From NCBI GenBank assembly GCA_020059585.1, contig JAGVBU010000009.1, positions 962 to 64,961 of the forward strand: a stretch of 64,000 nucleotides of DNA, in the 5' to 3' direction. Position 1 is the stretch's first letter, and each line of letters begins with the position of its first letter. The position numbers were made by a program, and so were the translations under genes. The notes below the pieces were generated by a model. The model ran no database searches and had not been told where the DNA came from. It saw nothing but the letters and a program-made list of their open reading frames with translations. Positions 21,282-32,568 of this stretch are shown here, one piece after another. Source of the stretch: Minisyncoccota bacterium (lineage in GTDB: Bacteria > Patescibacteriota > Minisyncoccia > UBA6257 > GWB1-50-10).

Positions 21282-21318
21282 AATATTCCTCGTATCCCGT
21301 ACGAGGAATATTTTTTTC
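21282..21318 (+). terminator. Intrinsic terminator
   Basis: aatattcctcgta-tcccg-tacgaggaatatt followed by a T-run. Confidence 0.8.
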
Positions 21319-21343
21319 ACTAGAAACAATATACAATGATTTT

Positions 21344-22057
21344 ATGAACCCCGAACTCACGATCGTCATTCCGGCAAAAAACGAGGAGAAGCTCATCGGA
21401 ACGCTTCTTGAATCCGTTGTGCGTCAGGATTACCCGCGCATACGCACCACAAAAATCTACGTCGCGGACGCGCAGTCGACCGACCGCACAAGAGAGATTG
21501 TTCAAGGTTTCAAAGAAAAACTCGACATCGAAGTGATAGAGGGGGGTCCCGTTGCCGTCGGCCGCAATAACGGCGCGGCGCGCGCGCGAAGCGAATTCGT
21601 TCTCTTTCTCGACGGAGACATGGATCTTGGAAAGAAAGATACTCTTAGAAACGCGGTTGAAATCGCGAAGAGAAAAAAGCTTGATTGCGTCGGCGCCTAC
21701 GTGAAATGCAAAAACGGAAACCTTTTCGATAATTTCCTCTACGGAACGAATAACTTCGTGCAATTTCTCTCGAAATTCGTCTCCCCCTTTGCGACGGGCA
21801 TGTTCATGCTTTTTAGAAAATCGGCGTTCGACGCGCTCGGCGGATTCGACACCAAAACCCTCTTCGGTGAAGACTATATTCTCTCAAGCAAGGTGCCTTC
21901 GAAGCGATTTACCGTAAAAGGATACGTGCTCACGACAAACCGCCGCTTCAAAAGGATCGGCTATGGAAACATGATACGGATGATGTTCCTTAATATTCTT
22001 CATTTCAGGGATAAGGACTATATTGCCTCACGGGATTACAAGAATTATTGGGATTGA
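21344..22057 (+). CDS. Glycosyltransferase family 2
   Basis: IVIPAKNEE, DAQSTDRT, GRNNGA, FLDGD, GGFD, GEDY. Confidence 0.92.
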   Translation: MNPELTIVIPAKNEEKLIGTLLESVVRQDYPRIRTTKIYVADAQSTDRTREIVQGFKEKLDIEVIEGGPVAVGRNNGAARARSEFVLFLDGDMDLGKKDTLRNAVEIAKRKKLDCVGAYVKCKNGNLFDNFLYGTNNFVQFLSKFVSPFATGMFMLFRKSAFDALGGFDTKTLFGEDYILSSKVPSKRFTVKGYVLTTNRRFKRIGYGNMIRMMFLNILHFRDKDYIASRDYKNYWD

Positions 22058-22090
22058 GTATACTGAATACAGAACTTTCATTAGGAGTGT

Positions 22091-22453
22091 GTGATGCGCA
22101 ATAAAAATGACACACAGGAAGAATTATTCGAAGAGATGGAATCGCCTTCGAATTTTCATTTTTTCATGGAAAAAATGAACGAGACGCTTTCTTCGAGAGG
22201 ATTCTCTCCGAAGGTAAGCGAATCATATTTAGATTTTCGGAAGAGAGCGTTTCCATTTCTCTGGAAAGAACTTCCTTCCGAGGTACGCATCTTCGCGTTC
22301 GAGTTTCTCCTTCTTCGTCCCACGAAAGAATGGAATTCTCGCGATATACTCCTCTATCTAATCGCCCAAAGCGTGCCGGACGCCACCGAAAAAGAACTTA
22401 TGGACTTTGCCGGAATGTGCGCACAAAACGCGCTTGAACGCCCTATATTATAA
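22091..22453 (+). CDS. Hypothetical protein
   Basis: AGGAG SD, 120-aa ORF, followed by a terminator. Confidence 0.6.
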   Translation: MMRNKNDTQEELFEEMESPSNFHFFMEKMNETLSSRGFSPKVSESYLDFRKRAFPFLWKELPSEVRIFAFEFLLLRPTKEWNSRDILLYLIAQSVPDATEKELMDFAGMCAQNALERPIL

Positions 22454-22482
22454 AAAACCCGCGGAAAAACATGCGGGTTTTT
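22453..22482. terminator. Bidirectional terminator
   Basis: aaaaaacccgc...gcgggttttt between convergent genes. Confidence 0.7.
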
Positions 22483-22509
22483 ATTTGCCATCCGTGTTTG
22501 TTTGGCGCG

Positions 22510-22734
22510 CTAGAACGATGTTTTCGCTTTTATTGCCTTGAGCTGCTGCTCAAAATTTACAAGTTGTCTTTGAAGGCTCTGTATCGTTGAAACATTTTTA
22601 TCAACGAGCACATCGGTAACCGAAAGCTGCCACCAATAAAGAAGCCCTATCGCAACCATGATGATGAATGTCTGAATAACGGCTACGATGAAAAATTTCT
22701 GGCTATACGAGGTATTTTTTTGCATATCTGCCAC
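22510..22734 (-). CDS. Small single-TM coiled-coil protein
   Basis: Hydrophobic helix followed by heptad-like QSLQRQLVNFEQQLK. Confidence 0.6.
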   Translation of the reverse strand: MADMQKNTSYSQKFFIVAVIQTFIIMVAIGLLYWWQLSVTDVLVDKNVSTIQSLQRQLVNFEQQLKAIKAKTSF

Positions 22735-22858
22735 GGTGTTGAGACCTTTCCATATATTGTAGCATATCGGCGTCTTAAACGTAGAATCGGGTTGATTTTT
22801 TTCCTATATTTCATTATTATCATAATCCTGAACGAACATTTATAAACGAGGAGGAAGC

Positions 22859-23233
22859 GTGACGAAAGAGGCGAGAGAGTTTCTTATTAAAAAAATTGGA
22901 AAAGATTTCAACCCCATTGTCGATGAAGCATACGCGGTTGTTCCCGAGGGGGCGCGGCATATCGCAATAGGACGCGTGATGCTCTACAGCAAGAAGAGAA
23001 ATCTCATATTCATTGTATGGAGAAAAGAGGGCGGACATCTTACAAAAAAACTATTAAGAGAATCCACCAAGGGAAAAGAACTTCATATCGCCCAAGTAGC
23101 GCTTGAAAACGATGCAGTCGTCGTTTTCATTGATGCGGGAGAAGGATATGCAAAAATGCATACGATGGAAAAAATAATAATCCCCCGTTCCGATCTCAAA
23201 GGATTGATTCATACGCAAAAACATCGCAAATAA
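22859..23233 (+). CDS. Hypothetical protein
   Basis: GAGGAGG SD before GTG; 124-aa ORF. Confidence 0.65.
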   Translation: MTKEAREFLIKKIGKDFNPIVDEAYAVVPEGARHIAIGRVMLYSKKRNLIFIVWRKEGGHLTKKLLRESTKGKELHIAQVALENDAVVVFIDAGEGYAKMHTMEKIIIPRSDLKGLIHTQKHRK

Positions 23234-23260
23234 AAAAAGCCCGTTTCCGGGCTTTTTTTT
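23232..23260. terminator. Bidirectional terminator
   Basis: aaaaaagcccg-tttc-cgggctttttt. Confidence 0.8.
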
Positions 23261-23561
23261 AATATCCTCTCCTCGGAGAATCGTTAAAGCGCTTGCGCTG
23301 CGGCGGACGGTCTCCCATCGGCTTCGCCTCGTTTACCACGAGGGTTCTGCCTCCGAAATCCTTTCCATTCCACATCTCAATCGCTTTCGATGATCCGTCT
23401 TCGTCAGCCATTTCGACGAATCCAAATCCGCGTGAGCGACCCGTGAACTTGTCCATCATAATCGTCGCTGAGACAACTTCACCGGCTTGTGCAAACGCGC
23501 TCTTCAATTCATCGTCCGTTGTTTGATACGGAAGACCTCCGACATACAATCTCTTTTCCAT
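23259..23561 (-). CDS. RRM-domain RNA-binding protein (Rbp type)
   Basis: RNP2 LYVGGL, RNP1 RGFGFVEM, GRTLVVNEAKP. Confidence 0.95.
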   Translation of the reverse strand: MEKRLYVGGLPYQTTDDELKSAFAQAGEVVSATIMMDKFTGRSRGFGFVEMADEDGSSKAIEMWNGKDFGGRTLVVNEAKPMGDRPPQRKRFNDSPRRGY

Positions 23562-23709
23562 GTAAGCGTGTGTTTTGCGTAGGGCGACCTCTCTCCACTC
23601 GCATTGTTTCCTTTCTCTGCGATGGAAAATGCCATCTACGCGAAACGAGAAACAAAAGCTTTCCGAGAACCTACGCATATATCATACCATACCGTCCTTA
23701 TATATGCAA
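23562..23709 (-). promoter_or_regulatory. Promoter plus long structured 5' UTR of the RRM gene
   Basis: TTGCAT-N17-TATGAT (23709-23681); UTR closed by GCGTAGG/CCTACGC with inner TTGTTTC/GAAACAA and GATGG/CCATC stems. Confidence 0.6.
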
Positions 23710-23745
23710 ATAAAATCCCGGCAACACGCGCCGGGAAGGAAATAT

Positions 23746-24183
23746 CTACCATTCGTGGGAACCTTCTCTAGTTAAGAGAAAGTTCACTACCTTTACATCG
23801 GGGAAAATACTTGCGACGAACGCTCTCGCGGCATCAAGCTCTTTTATATAAAAATCGTTCTCTGTTGCAACATCCTCAAAATGTTTTCCATATGCCCCGC
23901 ACGCGGAATGTCCCATGAGGTATACCACCTTCGATTTGTGCAATCTGATCGATTTCTCTATTTGTCCCAAAAGGAATTCTTTTGATGCTCCGTTTTCTGG
24001 AGTGGAAAGTTCCTTTACGCCTCCCGCAACCATAATCGGATCGAATCGGGAAAAACCTTTTTCCTTCACAAAATCGAGGAATCCAGGCCATGTTCGGTTA
24101 TCAATGCACCAGACAATTGTCGCGTCGGCCGTATAGTGTCCTTCGCGCGTCATTACAATATTGTTATAATTTTTTTTCTCCAT
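23746..24183 (-). CDS. Putative carbonic anhydrase, beta-class-like zinc site
   Basis: C-x-D-x-R (WCIDNR), VAGG and H-x-x-C (GHSACGAY). Confidence 0.7.
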   Translation of the reverse strand: MEKKNYNNIVMTREGHYTADATIVWCIDNRTWPGFLDFVKEKGFSRFDPIMVAGGVKELSTPENGASKEFLLGQIEKSIRLHKSKVVYLMGHSACGAYGKHFEDVATENDFYIKELDAARAFVASIFPDVKVVNFLLTREGSHEW

Positions 24184-24219
24184 ATGTGTTCCTTTGTGTT
24201 GTTTTTAAAATCGCGGATA

Positions 24220-24459
24220 TTATCTCAAAAAAATATTCACCCGGCTTCCCGGGAGCACTTCGAGTAATCCTCTACTGGCTGATATAATATCAGTTTTTCC
24301 ATTTTTGTCAACTATTCGTATCTCTCCCGGACGAAGAAACGTGATATACGGGCGATGATTCTTGAGAACGGTAATCTCCCCCACCGCGGTTTTCATGGTT
24401 ACCGACTGCGCGGTTCTGAAAAATATCGGTTTTTTCAATGTGTAAACGCTTATAATCAT
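24220..24459 (-). CDS. atpC: ATP synthase epsilon, N-terminal domain only
   Basis: GEITVLKNHRPYIT, RGLLEV; follows atpD; no C-terminal helices. Confidence 0.88.
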   Translation of the reverse strand: MIISVYTLKKPIFFRTAQSVTMKTAVGEITVLKNHRPYITFLRPGEIRIVDKNGKTDIISASRGLLEVLPGSRVNIFLR

Positions 24460-24463
24460 ATAT

Positions 24464-25855
<1,392 letters not shown>

Positions 25856-25921
25856 TTATACGCGCGATCCATAAAATATTTTACTGCGACTATGATTGTT
25901 TTCTGTGTGTTTCATATGACA

Positions 25922-26872
25922 TTAATTTTTTTGCAACGCTTCCGCCCCACCGACGATTTCCGCGATCTCCTGCGTAATCCTTGCCTGACGGATTTTATTG
26001 AATTGAAGGAGAAGACCCTCCTTTAATTCTCCCGCATTTTCAGATGCGTTTTTCATGGCAACCATGCGCGCGGAATGTTCCGATGCGTTTGCTTCAAGAA
26101 TAAGATCGTAAATAAGAATTTCGAAGATAGCGGGAGCGAGCACTTCCAATACAGACTGCGCGTCCGGCTCTATGAGATATTCAAAATCATCAGTGTGTCC
26201 GTGTTCGGGATCGTGAGCCGTCACCATCTGTGAAAATCCAGAGAATCTTCCGGCTTCAGGAACCAATTCGCGCACCGTACTCCAGATGGTATCCCCCCGT
26301 ACGGGAAGGATCTCTCTCACTAAAACCTCCTGCCTAAGCGTGGTTCTAAAATGCGTTGATACCACAAGTACGCGGTCCCATTTTTTCCATAAAAATCCCC
26401 TGATGACAAACTGAAAGAGCGCTTCTGTTTCTTCCACTTCAACATGATCTCCGAAATTTTTAAATGATGCCACGCGATTAAGTTTTTTCCGCTCAAGGAA
26501 CTCTTCCGCCTTTTTCCCTACAGCGACGAAAGAAAACGATTCTGGAGATCCTTTTGTTTCGTCGATGATTCTCTTTTCAAATGCACGGATGATGTTCGTG
26601 TTAAACGATCCCGCGAGCCCCTTGTCTGATGCGATAACCACAACTAGTGTATGACGTATATCCCGCGCGCGCATAATTTCCGGACGATACGGCGTTTTCT
26701 TTTCCAAATACACAAGCATTCTGAGCGCCTCAATCGCGTATGGACGAGAAAGAAGCGCGATCTCCTGACTTCGGCGCATTTTTGTCGCAGAAACCATTTC
26801 CATCGCTTTTGTTATCTGGCTTGTATTCGTTACTGCCCGTATTCTTCTTTTTATTTCCTGCATTGATGCCAT
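25922..26872 (-). CDS. atpG: ATP synthase gamma
   Basis: QITKAMEMVS, DKGLAG, SEHSARMVAM, RQARITQEIAEI. Confidence 0.98.
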   Translation of the reverse strand: MASMQEIKRRIRAVTNTSQITKAMEMVSATKMRRSQEIALLSRPYAIEALRMLVYLEKKTPYRPEIMRARDIRHTLVVVIASDKGLAGSFNTNIIRAFEKRIIDETKGSPESFSFVAVGKKAEEFLERKKLNRVASFKNFGDHVEVEETEALFQFVIRGFLWKKWDRVLVVSTHFRTTLRQEVLVREILPVRGDTIWSTVRELVPEAGRFSGFSQMVTAHDPEHGHTDDFEYLIEPDAQSVLEVLAPAIFEILIYDLILEANASEHSARMVAMKNASENAGELKEGLLLQFNKIRQARITQEIAEIVGGAEALQKN

Positions 26873-26875
26873 AGA

Positions 26876-28411
26876 TTATTGCGGAAGCGTTTTAAGAAAT
26901 TGTTCGATACCTTTTTTTATTTTTTCCTCCGCCGATTCCGAAATATCGCCGCTTGTGCGTATTTCGAGAAGCAACGGTTCGTGGAGTTTTCTGAAATAAT
27001 CCACAAGCTTTTCCTCAACGTCTTTCAGTGACGCGGCGGGAATTCCGTTAAAATACCCGCGAAGCGCCGCGTAAAACACTATGGCTTGCATTTCGAATTC
27101 CATAGGCGATCCATCGGTCTGTTTCAATATTTCAACAATCATTCTTCCGCGATCTATTTTTTCTCTTGTTCCCTCGTCGAGATCCGAGGCAAATTGCACA
27201 AATGCCTGCAATTCCCTGAACTGGGCAAGTTCAAGGCGAAGTTTTCCCGCCACTTTTTTTATCGCTTTGGTTTGTGCGGACGAACCCACTCTCGAAACGG
27301 AAAGCCCCGCATTTATCGCGGGACGCACTCCCTGATAAAAAAGATCTGATTCGAGGTATATTTGCCCGTCAGTGATGGATATGACATTCGTCGGAATATA
27401 CGCGGATACGTCTCCGAGCTGCGTTTCAATGATAGGAAGCGCGGTAAGCGAGCCTCCTCCCCGCTCCTGATTTAGTCGTGCCGCGCGTTCCAAAAGACGC
27501 GAGTGAAGATAGAACACGTCTCCGGGGAATGCTTCACGTCCCGGAGGACGGCGCAATAAAAGCGAAATTTGCCTGTATGCCGACGCGTGTTTCGTAAGAT
27601 CGTCGTATACAATAAGAGCGTCCATTCCCTTTTCCATAAAAAACTCTCCTATCGCACATCCGCTATACGGCGCAAGAAACCACAGTGATGCCGGATCTGA
27701 AGAGGAAGCAACCACGACAATCGTATATTTCATCGCTCCTTCCGCTTCAAGCATGCGCACTGCCTTTGCGACATTCGCCTGCTTCTGCCCTATCGCGACA
27801 TAAATACATATAGGGGTTCTTCGCGTGGTGTCATTCTTCTGATTAATAATTGTATCGAGCGCAATTGCGGTTTTTCCCGTTTGCCGATCTCCGATAATAA
27901 GTTCGCGCTGTCCCCGTCCGATGGGAATCATTGAATCGATTGCCTTGATCCCCGTATGAAGGGGGGTGTTTACCGATTCACGCATAAGAATTCCCGGCGC
28001 AAGTTTTTCAACAAGAGCAAAAGAGGATTTCTCTTTTTCTGTGAAAATAGGTCCCTTGCCGTCGAGAGGTTCCCCAAGTGGATTCACTACTCTTCCCACG
28101 AGCGCATCGCCTACCGGAATGGAAAGCACTTTTCCAAGTCCCGTTACCGTATGTCCCGCCTTAATGTGTGAAAAATCTCCGAGAACGATAGCGCCAATCG
28201 CGTGTTCCTCAAGATTGAATGCAACCGCATGTACCGACCCTTCTCCAGTTTCTATCGTAAGCATCTCTTGACTCATCACTCCGGATAATCCTGAGATTTT
28301 CACGACGCCATCCGCAACTTCGATCACTTCTCCGGCAGTTCTGTGAGACGGAGTTTCATTCTCAAAGTCGGCTATTTGTTTTTTTAGTTTTTCTATAATT
28401 TCGTAGGACAT
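26876..28411 (-). CDS. atpA: ATP synthase alpha
   Basis: [23 protein letters not shown]. Confidence 0.99.
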   Translation of the reverse strand: MSYEIIEKLKKQIADFENETPSHRTAGEVIEVADGVVKISGLSGVMSQEMLTIETGEGSVHAVAFNLEEHAIGAIVLGDFSHIKAGHTVTGLGKVLSIPVGDALVGRVVNPLGEPLDGKGPIFTEKEKSSFALVEKLAPGILMRESVNTPLHTGIKAIDSMIPIGRGQRELIIGDRQTGKTAIALDTIINQKNDTTRRTPICIYVAIGQKQANVAKAVRMLEAEGAMKYTIVVVASSSDPASLWFLAPYSGCAIGEFFMEKGMDALIVYDDLTKHASAYRQISLLLRRPPGREAFPGDVFYLHSRLLERAARLNQERGGGSLTALPIIETQLGDVSAYIPTNVISITDGQIYLESDLFYQGVRPAINAGLSVSRVGSSAQTKAIKKVAGKLRLELAQFRELQAFVQFASDLDEGTREKIDRGRMIVEILKQTDGSPMEFEMQAIVFYAALRGYFNGIPAASLKDVEEKLVDYFRKLHEPLLLEIRTSGDISESAEEKIKKGIEQFLKTLPQ

Positions 28412-28417
28412 GGATTT

Positions 28418-28804
28418 TTATACTCGTGTTGATTTCGTGATGCGTTCGAGTTTCTTCTTAAGCGTTGCATCAATCATAATTTCATCATTTACGACAAGCT
28501 TTACCCCCGCAATGATTTCGGGATCGATAACTTGATGCACAAGTGCCTCATTCCCGAATGCGTTTTTTATTTTATCAAGAAGGGACTCATGGAGAATTCG
28601 CGCTGCATATACTTTGATCTTTACCCGCCCCTCTTTTCTGGCTATTTTTTCTTCTATAGAAGCGATAACCTTTTCCGCGTTTCCTATATCTCCAGAAACA
28701 TTCAGCGTGCGTATGAGTCCCGCCATAATTTTATTTTTCTCTTCCGGATGCGTTTCCATAAGAGAAAGAAACGCGTCCGCGTATATGTGCGGAGGATATT
28801 TCAT
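28418..28804 (-). CDS. atpH: ATP synthase delta, short form
   Basis: Operon position; IDPEIIAG...IDATLKKKL. Confidence 0.85.
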   Translation of the reverse strand: MKYPPHIYADAFLSLMETHPEEKNKIMAGLIRTLNVSGDIGNAEKVIASIEEKIARKEGRVKIKVYAARILHESLLDKIKNAFGNEALVHQVIDPEIIAGVKLVVNDEIMIDATLKKKLERITKSTRV

Positions 28805-29307
28805 ACGCGCATCTTTTTAACTTCGGCAATTGCCTGAAGCACAAGCGCCTCATCAATCGCGTCAGGCGCATTATTCGCCACTTTTTTTATTGTCTCTTTT
28901 ACGAGCGCCGCGGCTTCTTCATACGCGATCTCGCGCGCGGTTTCTTCTATGTGAGTTGCTTTTCGTTCCGCTCCCTCAAGAATTCTCTTCTCTTTTTCCT
29001 TTGTCTCTAAAAGATATGAGGATTCTTTCTCTTTTGCCGCCTTTTCCGCGCGAGCAATAATATCCATCGACTTCTTGTCGGCATCAGACACCCTTTCGAC
29101 AAAAACCTTATCGGCATCCTTTAACTGTTCGGAAGCACGATCGGCATCGCGTATCCCCTGTTCTACTTTTGCCCTTCTTTCATTAAGCATTTTCACAAGA
29201 GGTCCGTATACCGTCTTCTTAAGAACAAACAAAATAACCAGAAAATTCAGTATCTGGGCAAGAAGAAGCTGCCAATGAATTCCTAATTTTTCTAATAATT
29301 CGCTCAT
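28801..29307 (-). CDS. atpF: ATP synthase b
   Basis: AQILNFLVILFVL TM followed by coiled coil. Confidence 0.93.
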   Translation of the reverse strand: MSELLEKLGIHWQLLLAQILNFLVILFVLKKTVYGPLVKMLNERRAKVEQGIRDADRASEQLKDADKVFVERVSDADKKSMDIIARAEKAAKEKESSYLLETKEKEKRILEGAERKATHIEETAREIAYEEAAALVKETIKKVANNAPDAIDEALVLQAIAEVKKMRV

Positions 29308-29326
29308 AAATTCTCGTGTGATTTGG

Positions 29327-29554
29327 TTATACGAACTTCAAAATGAGAGACATGACCAGCGCATAGATCGCGATTGCCTCAGTGAATGCCACCGCGAGAA
29401 TCATTGCCGTCTGAATTTTCGGCGCTGCCTCAGGATTTCTGCTCATTGCGTCCGCGGATTTCGAACCTATCCATCCAATTGAGAATGCTGGGATAAGTGT
29501 TCCCATTCCCATAATGACGGCAATGGCGATTAGCTTTGTTGTTTCTATTTCCAT
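29327..29554 (-). CDS. atpE: ATP synthase c
   Basis: RNPEA loop; conserved Glu in FTEAIAIY, no Na+-type Ser/Thr after it. Confidence 0.96.
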   Translation of the reverse strand: MEIETTKLIAIAVIMGMGTLIPAFSIGWIGSKSADAMSRNPEAAPKIQTAMILAVAFTEAIAIYALVMSLILKFV

Positions 29555-29601
29555 ATGATGTGATTAAAAATATTTTTTTTGCGACCTTTTTTATATATCG
29601 G

Positions 29602-30345
29602 TTAATGTTCCGCTTCAGCCGTCGCAATCGATACAAACACGAGTGTAAGCGTTGCAAACACGAATGCCTGTATGAATCCGACGAATATCTCCATAAAAAG
29701 AAACGGAAGCGGAATAAAATATGGCGCGAGCACTCCAATAATAGTAAGAAGCACTTCGCCGGCAAATACATTCCCGAACAATCTGAATGAAAATGAAATC
29801 ATTTTCGCAAATTCGGAAATAAATTCGAGAAGTCCTACAAAAGTGTGGATCGGATTCTTCAGAGTAAAAAATCTATTGGCATAACGGAAAAACCCCGCTG
29901 AAAGTATTCCAAAGAAATTCACTCCTATAACCGCGATCAATGCCACGCCAAGGGTGAAATTCAAATCCGCCGAGGGAGCCCTAAAAAAAGGCACAAACAC
30001 CTCTTTTCCTCCGTGAAGTTCGTATATTCCAAGCGATCCCACGCCCGGAAGAAGTCCAAGCCAATTCGCAATGAGCACTACTCCGAATATCGTCGCAATG
30101 AGCGGAAGATATTTTTCGGTTTTTTCTCTTTTCCCGAGTACGGAATCCATAAGATCCATGAGCCCTTCAAGGGCAAATTCGACAAAATTCTGAAGCGAAC
30201 CCGGAATAACGGCAAGTTTTTTCTTTACAGACATTCCCACAAAAACCATTATCGCAAGGACAAAACCACTCACCACGAGCGAATTTGTCATCGAAAAAGA
30301 TCCGATATGGAATAATGTTTCGGCCTTAAGTGATATTTCGGTCAT
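29602..30345 (-). CDS. atpB: ATP synthase a
   Basis: NWLGLLPG, SFSFRLFGNVFAGE, IQAFVF. Confidence 0.97.
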   Translation of the reverse strand: MTEISLKAETLFHIGSFSMTNSLVVSGFVLAIMVFVGMSVKKKLAVIPGSLQNFVEFALEGLMDLMDSVLGKREKTEKYLPLIATIFGVVLIANWLGLLPGVGSLGIYELHGGKEVFVPFFRAPSADLNFTLGVALIAVIGVNFFGILSAGFFRYANRFFTLKNPIHTFVGLLEFISEFAKMISFSFRLFGNVFAGEVLLTIIGVLAPYFIPLPFLFMEIFVGFIQAFVFATLTLVFVSIATAEAEH

Positions 30346-30444
30346 TGTAGGGTGTTCACGGCAACGAAAAAAAAGAGCCGAGAAAAGGTTCCGACGCTCA
30401 TCATAATATACAAGAGCACCCTAAAATGCAATATTTTTAGACGC

Positions 30445-31308
30445 TTACAACACCGTGTCGCGTTCTTTCATGGGACACGAAAACGTTTCCGCCTCGGCAA
30501 TGACTTTTTTCAGTTTCCCCGATGAAAAATTAAATCCTTTCAACACCTCAGGGTGTTCGAGTATATCCTTGCAGACAACGATTCCCGCGTTTAAAAGATA
30601 GTGTTTCTGCCCGCGATTCAATTCCGCGAGACACGTGACGGGATGCAATCCTGAGGCCTCAACAAGATCCTGCAGGTTTCCCACGGAAGGATAACTCCAC
30701 CCTATTGCCTTCATACCCACGCAACGCGCGTATCGTATCGCATCTCCGGTGAGTTTTGTATTGGTAACAAGCCATACCTCATTGAAACCTTTTTCTGCTC
30801 TATCGGAGTGATTCTTTTTTGAGATATCCTCAAACCGTGCCTGTATATAAAGAGAGGTTTTGACATCTGATTTAATGCCCTGCTGATTATGAAATTTGCA
30901 CTCAATCATCACGGAATTCCCATTTTTTTCAGCGACGACATCTATCTCATGATCAACGCACGCGCCGGAAACCGTGACACCTACGGAAGTGGCGTACCCA
31001 TCCGACGCGAGGATACGGGCAAGAAAATTCTCGAATGGGTGCCCGCTCGGGCCAAGTTCCATAATCGCCCTCCGAAGATAATATCTTGAGGCAACCATGC
31101 GGGATTCCTTGCGGAGCATTTTAAACGCGTGCTTGTAGAGATCCTGAGTCGTTGAAAGCACTCCACGCTCAACTTCCTTTTCAATATACGCAGAAACCTT
31201 ATTGATCAGTTTTTCGTCGGCACCCGACCGCGAAAGAGACGAACGAAGCTTATCTCCGGAAAAAAGCTCCTTTTCTCCCGATGTTTTCGTGATGAATGTT
31301 TTTCGCAT
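30445..31308 (-). CDS. ATP-cone plus Mrr-like PD-(D/E)xK restriction-endonuclease-domain protein
   Basis: N-terminal ITKTSGEKELFSGDKLRSSL (ATP cone); GPSGHPFE, HEIDVVA, IECKFH, LVTNTK. Confidence 0.8.
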   Translation of the reverse strand: MRKTFITKTSGEKELFSGDKLRSSLSRSGADEKLINKVSAYIEKEVERGVLSTTQDLYKHAFKMLRKESRMVASRYYLRRAIMELGPSGHPFENFLARILASDGYATSVGVTVSGACVDHEIDVVAEKNGNSVMIECKFHNQQGIKSDVKTSLYIQARFEDISKKNHSDRAEKGFNEVWLVTNTKLTGDAIRYARCVGMKAIGWSYPSVGNLQDLVEASGLHPVTCLAELNRGQKHYLLNAGIVVCKDILEHPEVLKGFNFSSGKLKKVIAEAETFSCPMKERDTVL

Positions 31309-31378
31309 TATCTGCTCATTATACGTTTTTTTTCGATCATTTGCATCATTCATTCCGGTACGCTATCGTAAATCGGTT

Positions 31379-32410
31379 ATGACGGAAAAACAAACAATAA
31401 AAATAAAAAAACAAAAGGACGCGACAGTCGAGATCGAGGGTGAAATTGCCGCCGAGATTCTTGAAAAACACAGGGCCCGTCTTTTCAATGAATTCAAAAG
31501 CGGTCTCGAGGCTCCCGGCTTCAGGAAGGGAAAGGTTCCGGATGAACTCGCGAAAAAACAGGTGCATGAAAAAAATCTTCTTGAGGAAGCTGCCTATGCG
31601 GCGCTTGAGGAACAGTATCCTCTCATTCTCGAACTTCACGACATAGAACCCATCACACCTCCCCGCATCCGCATCACAAAACTCGCGTTCGGCACTCCGC
31701 TTGGATTCTCACTCACGGTAGGAGTGATTCCGGAGTTTTCACTTCCTCACTATAAGAAGATCGCGAAAAAAGTTCTTGAAGGAAAAAAGGATCCGGAAAT
31801 TTCAGAAAAAGATATAGAAGGCGTGCTTGTCCAAGTACGCGCGTTCCGCGCGCCCATCAAGAAAGGGAAAGAAGGTGAACCCGACGAAGCGGAAGCGCTT
31901 ACCGACGAGTTCGTAAAAACACTTGGAGATTTTGAGAGCGTAGAGGATTTCAAACGCAAAATAGGAGAGAATTTGAAAGAAGAGAAGAAAATCACCATTC
32001 GGCGTGAATATCGCGAAAAGATAGCGGAGGCGCTTGTAAAAGAAACGAAAATAATACTCCCTCCGATGCTCCTCGACGAGGAGGTTGAACGCGTAATGCA
32101 CAGGATAAAAGAACACGCGCAGAAAGAAAATATTTCCCTTGATGATTATTTTTCCAAAATACAGAAAACCGAGGATGCGTTCAGAAAAGAACAGCGCGAA
32201 TATGCGGATCGCCAATACAAGACAAAACTTATTCTCGAAAAAATAGCGGAAACCGAGAAAATAACTCCCACAAAAGAGGAGTTCCAGCACGAGTTGAGTC
32301 ATTTTCTTTCTTATTATCAGGATGTTGAACCGGAAACCGCCGAGCGATATGTCGCGGAAACGCTAAAAAACGAAAAAACGCTTCAATTTCTGGAAACGCA
32401 GGATTCCTAA
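31379..32410 (+). CDS. tig: Trigger factor lacking the FKBP PPIase domain
   Basis: PGFRKGKVP ribosome-binding motif; N-domain joined almost directly to the C-domain (LTDEFVKTLG). Confidence 0.9.
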   Translation: MTEKQTIKIKKQKDATVEIEGEIAAEILEKHRARLFNEFKSGLEAPGFRKGKVPDELAKKQVHEKNLLEEAAYAALEEQYPLILELHDIEPITPPRIRITKLAFGTPLGFSLTVGVIPEFSLPHYKKIAKKVLEGKKDPEISEKDIEGVLVQVRAFRAPIKKGKEGEPDEAEALTDEFVKTLGDFESVEDFKRKIGENLKEEKKITIRREYREKIAEALVKETKIILPPMLLDEEVERVMHRIKEHAQKENISLDDYFSKIQKTEDAFRKEQREYADRQYKTKLILEKIAETEKITPTKEEFQHELSHFLSYYQDVEPETAERYVAETLKNEKTLQFLETQDS

Positions 32411-32489
32411 AACGCAAAAACGCGCTATCCACAGAATCCTCTTGCGTCGGCTCCCGCTGGTGCTATGATGAATACAGGTAACCCACAGG

Positions 32490-32526
32490 AAAAAATGCCA
32501 CTTGAGAAATCAGGTGGCGTTTTTTG
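32490..32526 (+). terminator. Intrinsic terminator
   Basis: atgccacttga-gaaa-tcaggtggcgt followed by a T-run; second hairpin acatccattctt/aagaatggatgt at about 32536-32561. Confidence 0.75.
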
Positions 32527-32568
32527 TTCAAAAAAACATCCATTCTTCAAAGAATGGATGTAAGGTTT

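Noticed and set aside
32424-32432. DnaA-box-like ctatccaca as a sign of oriC
   Set aside because: Single imperfect box, no cluster and no dnaA nearby
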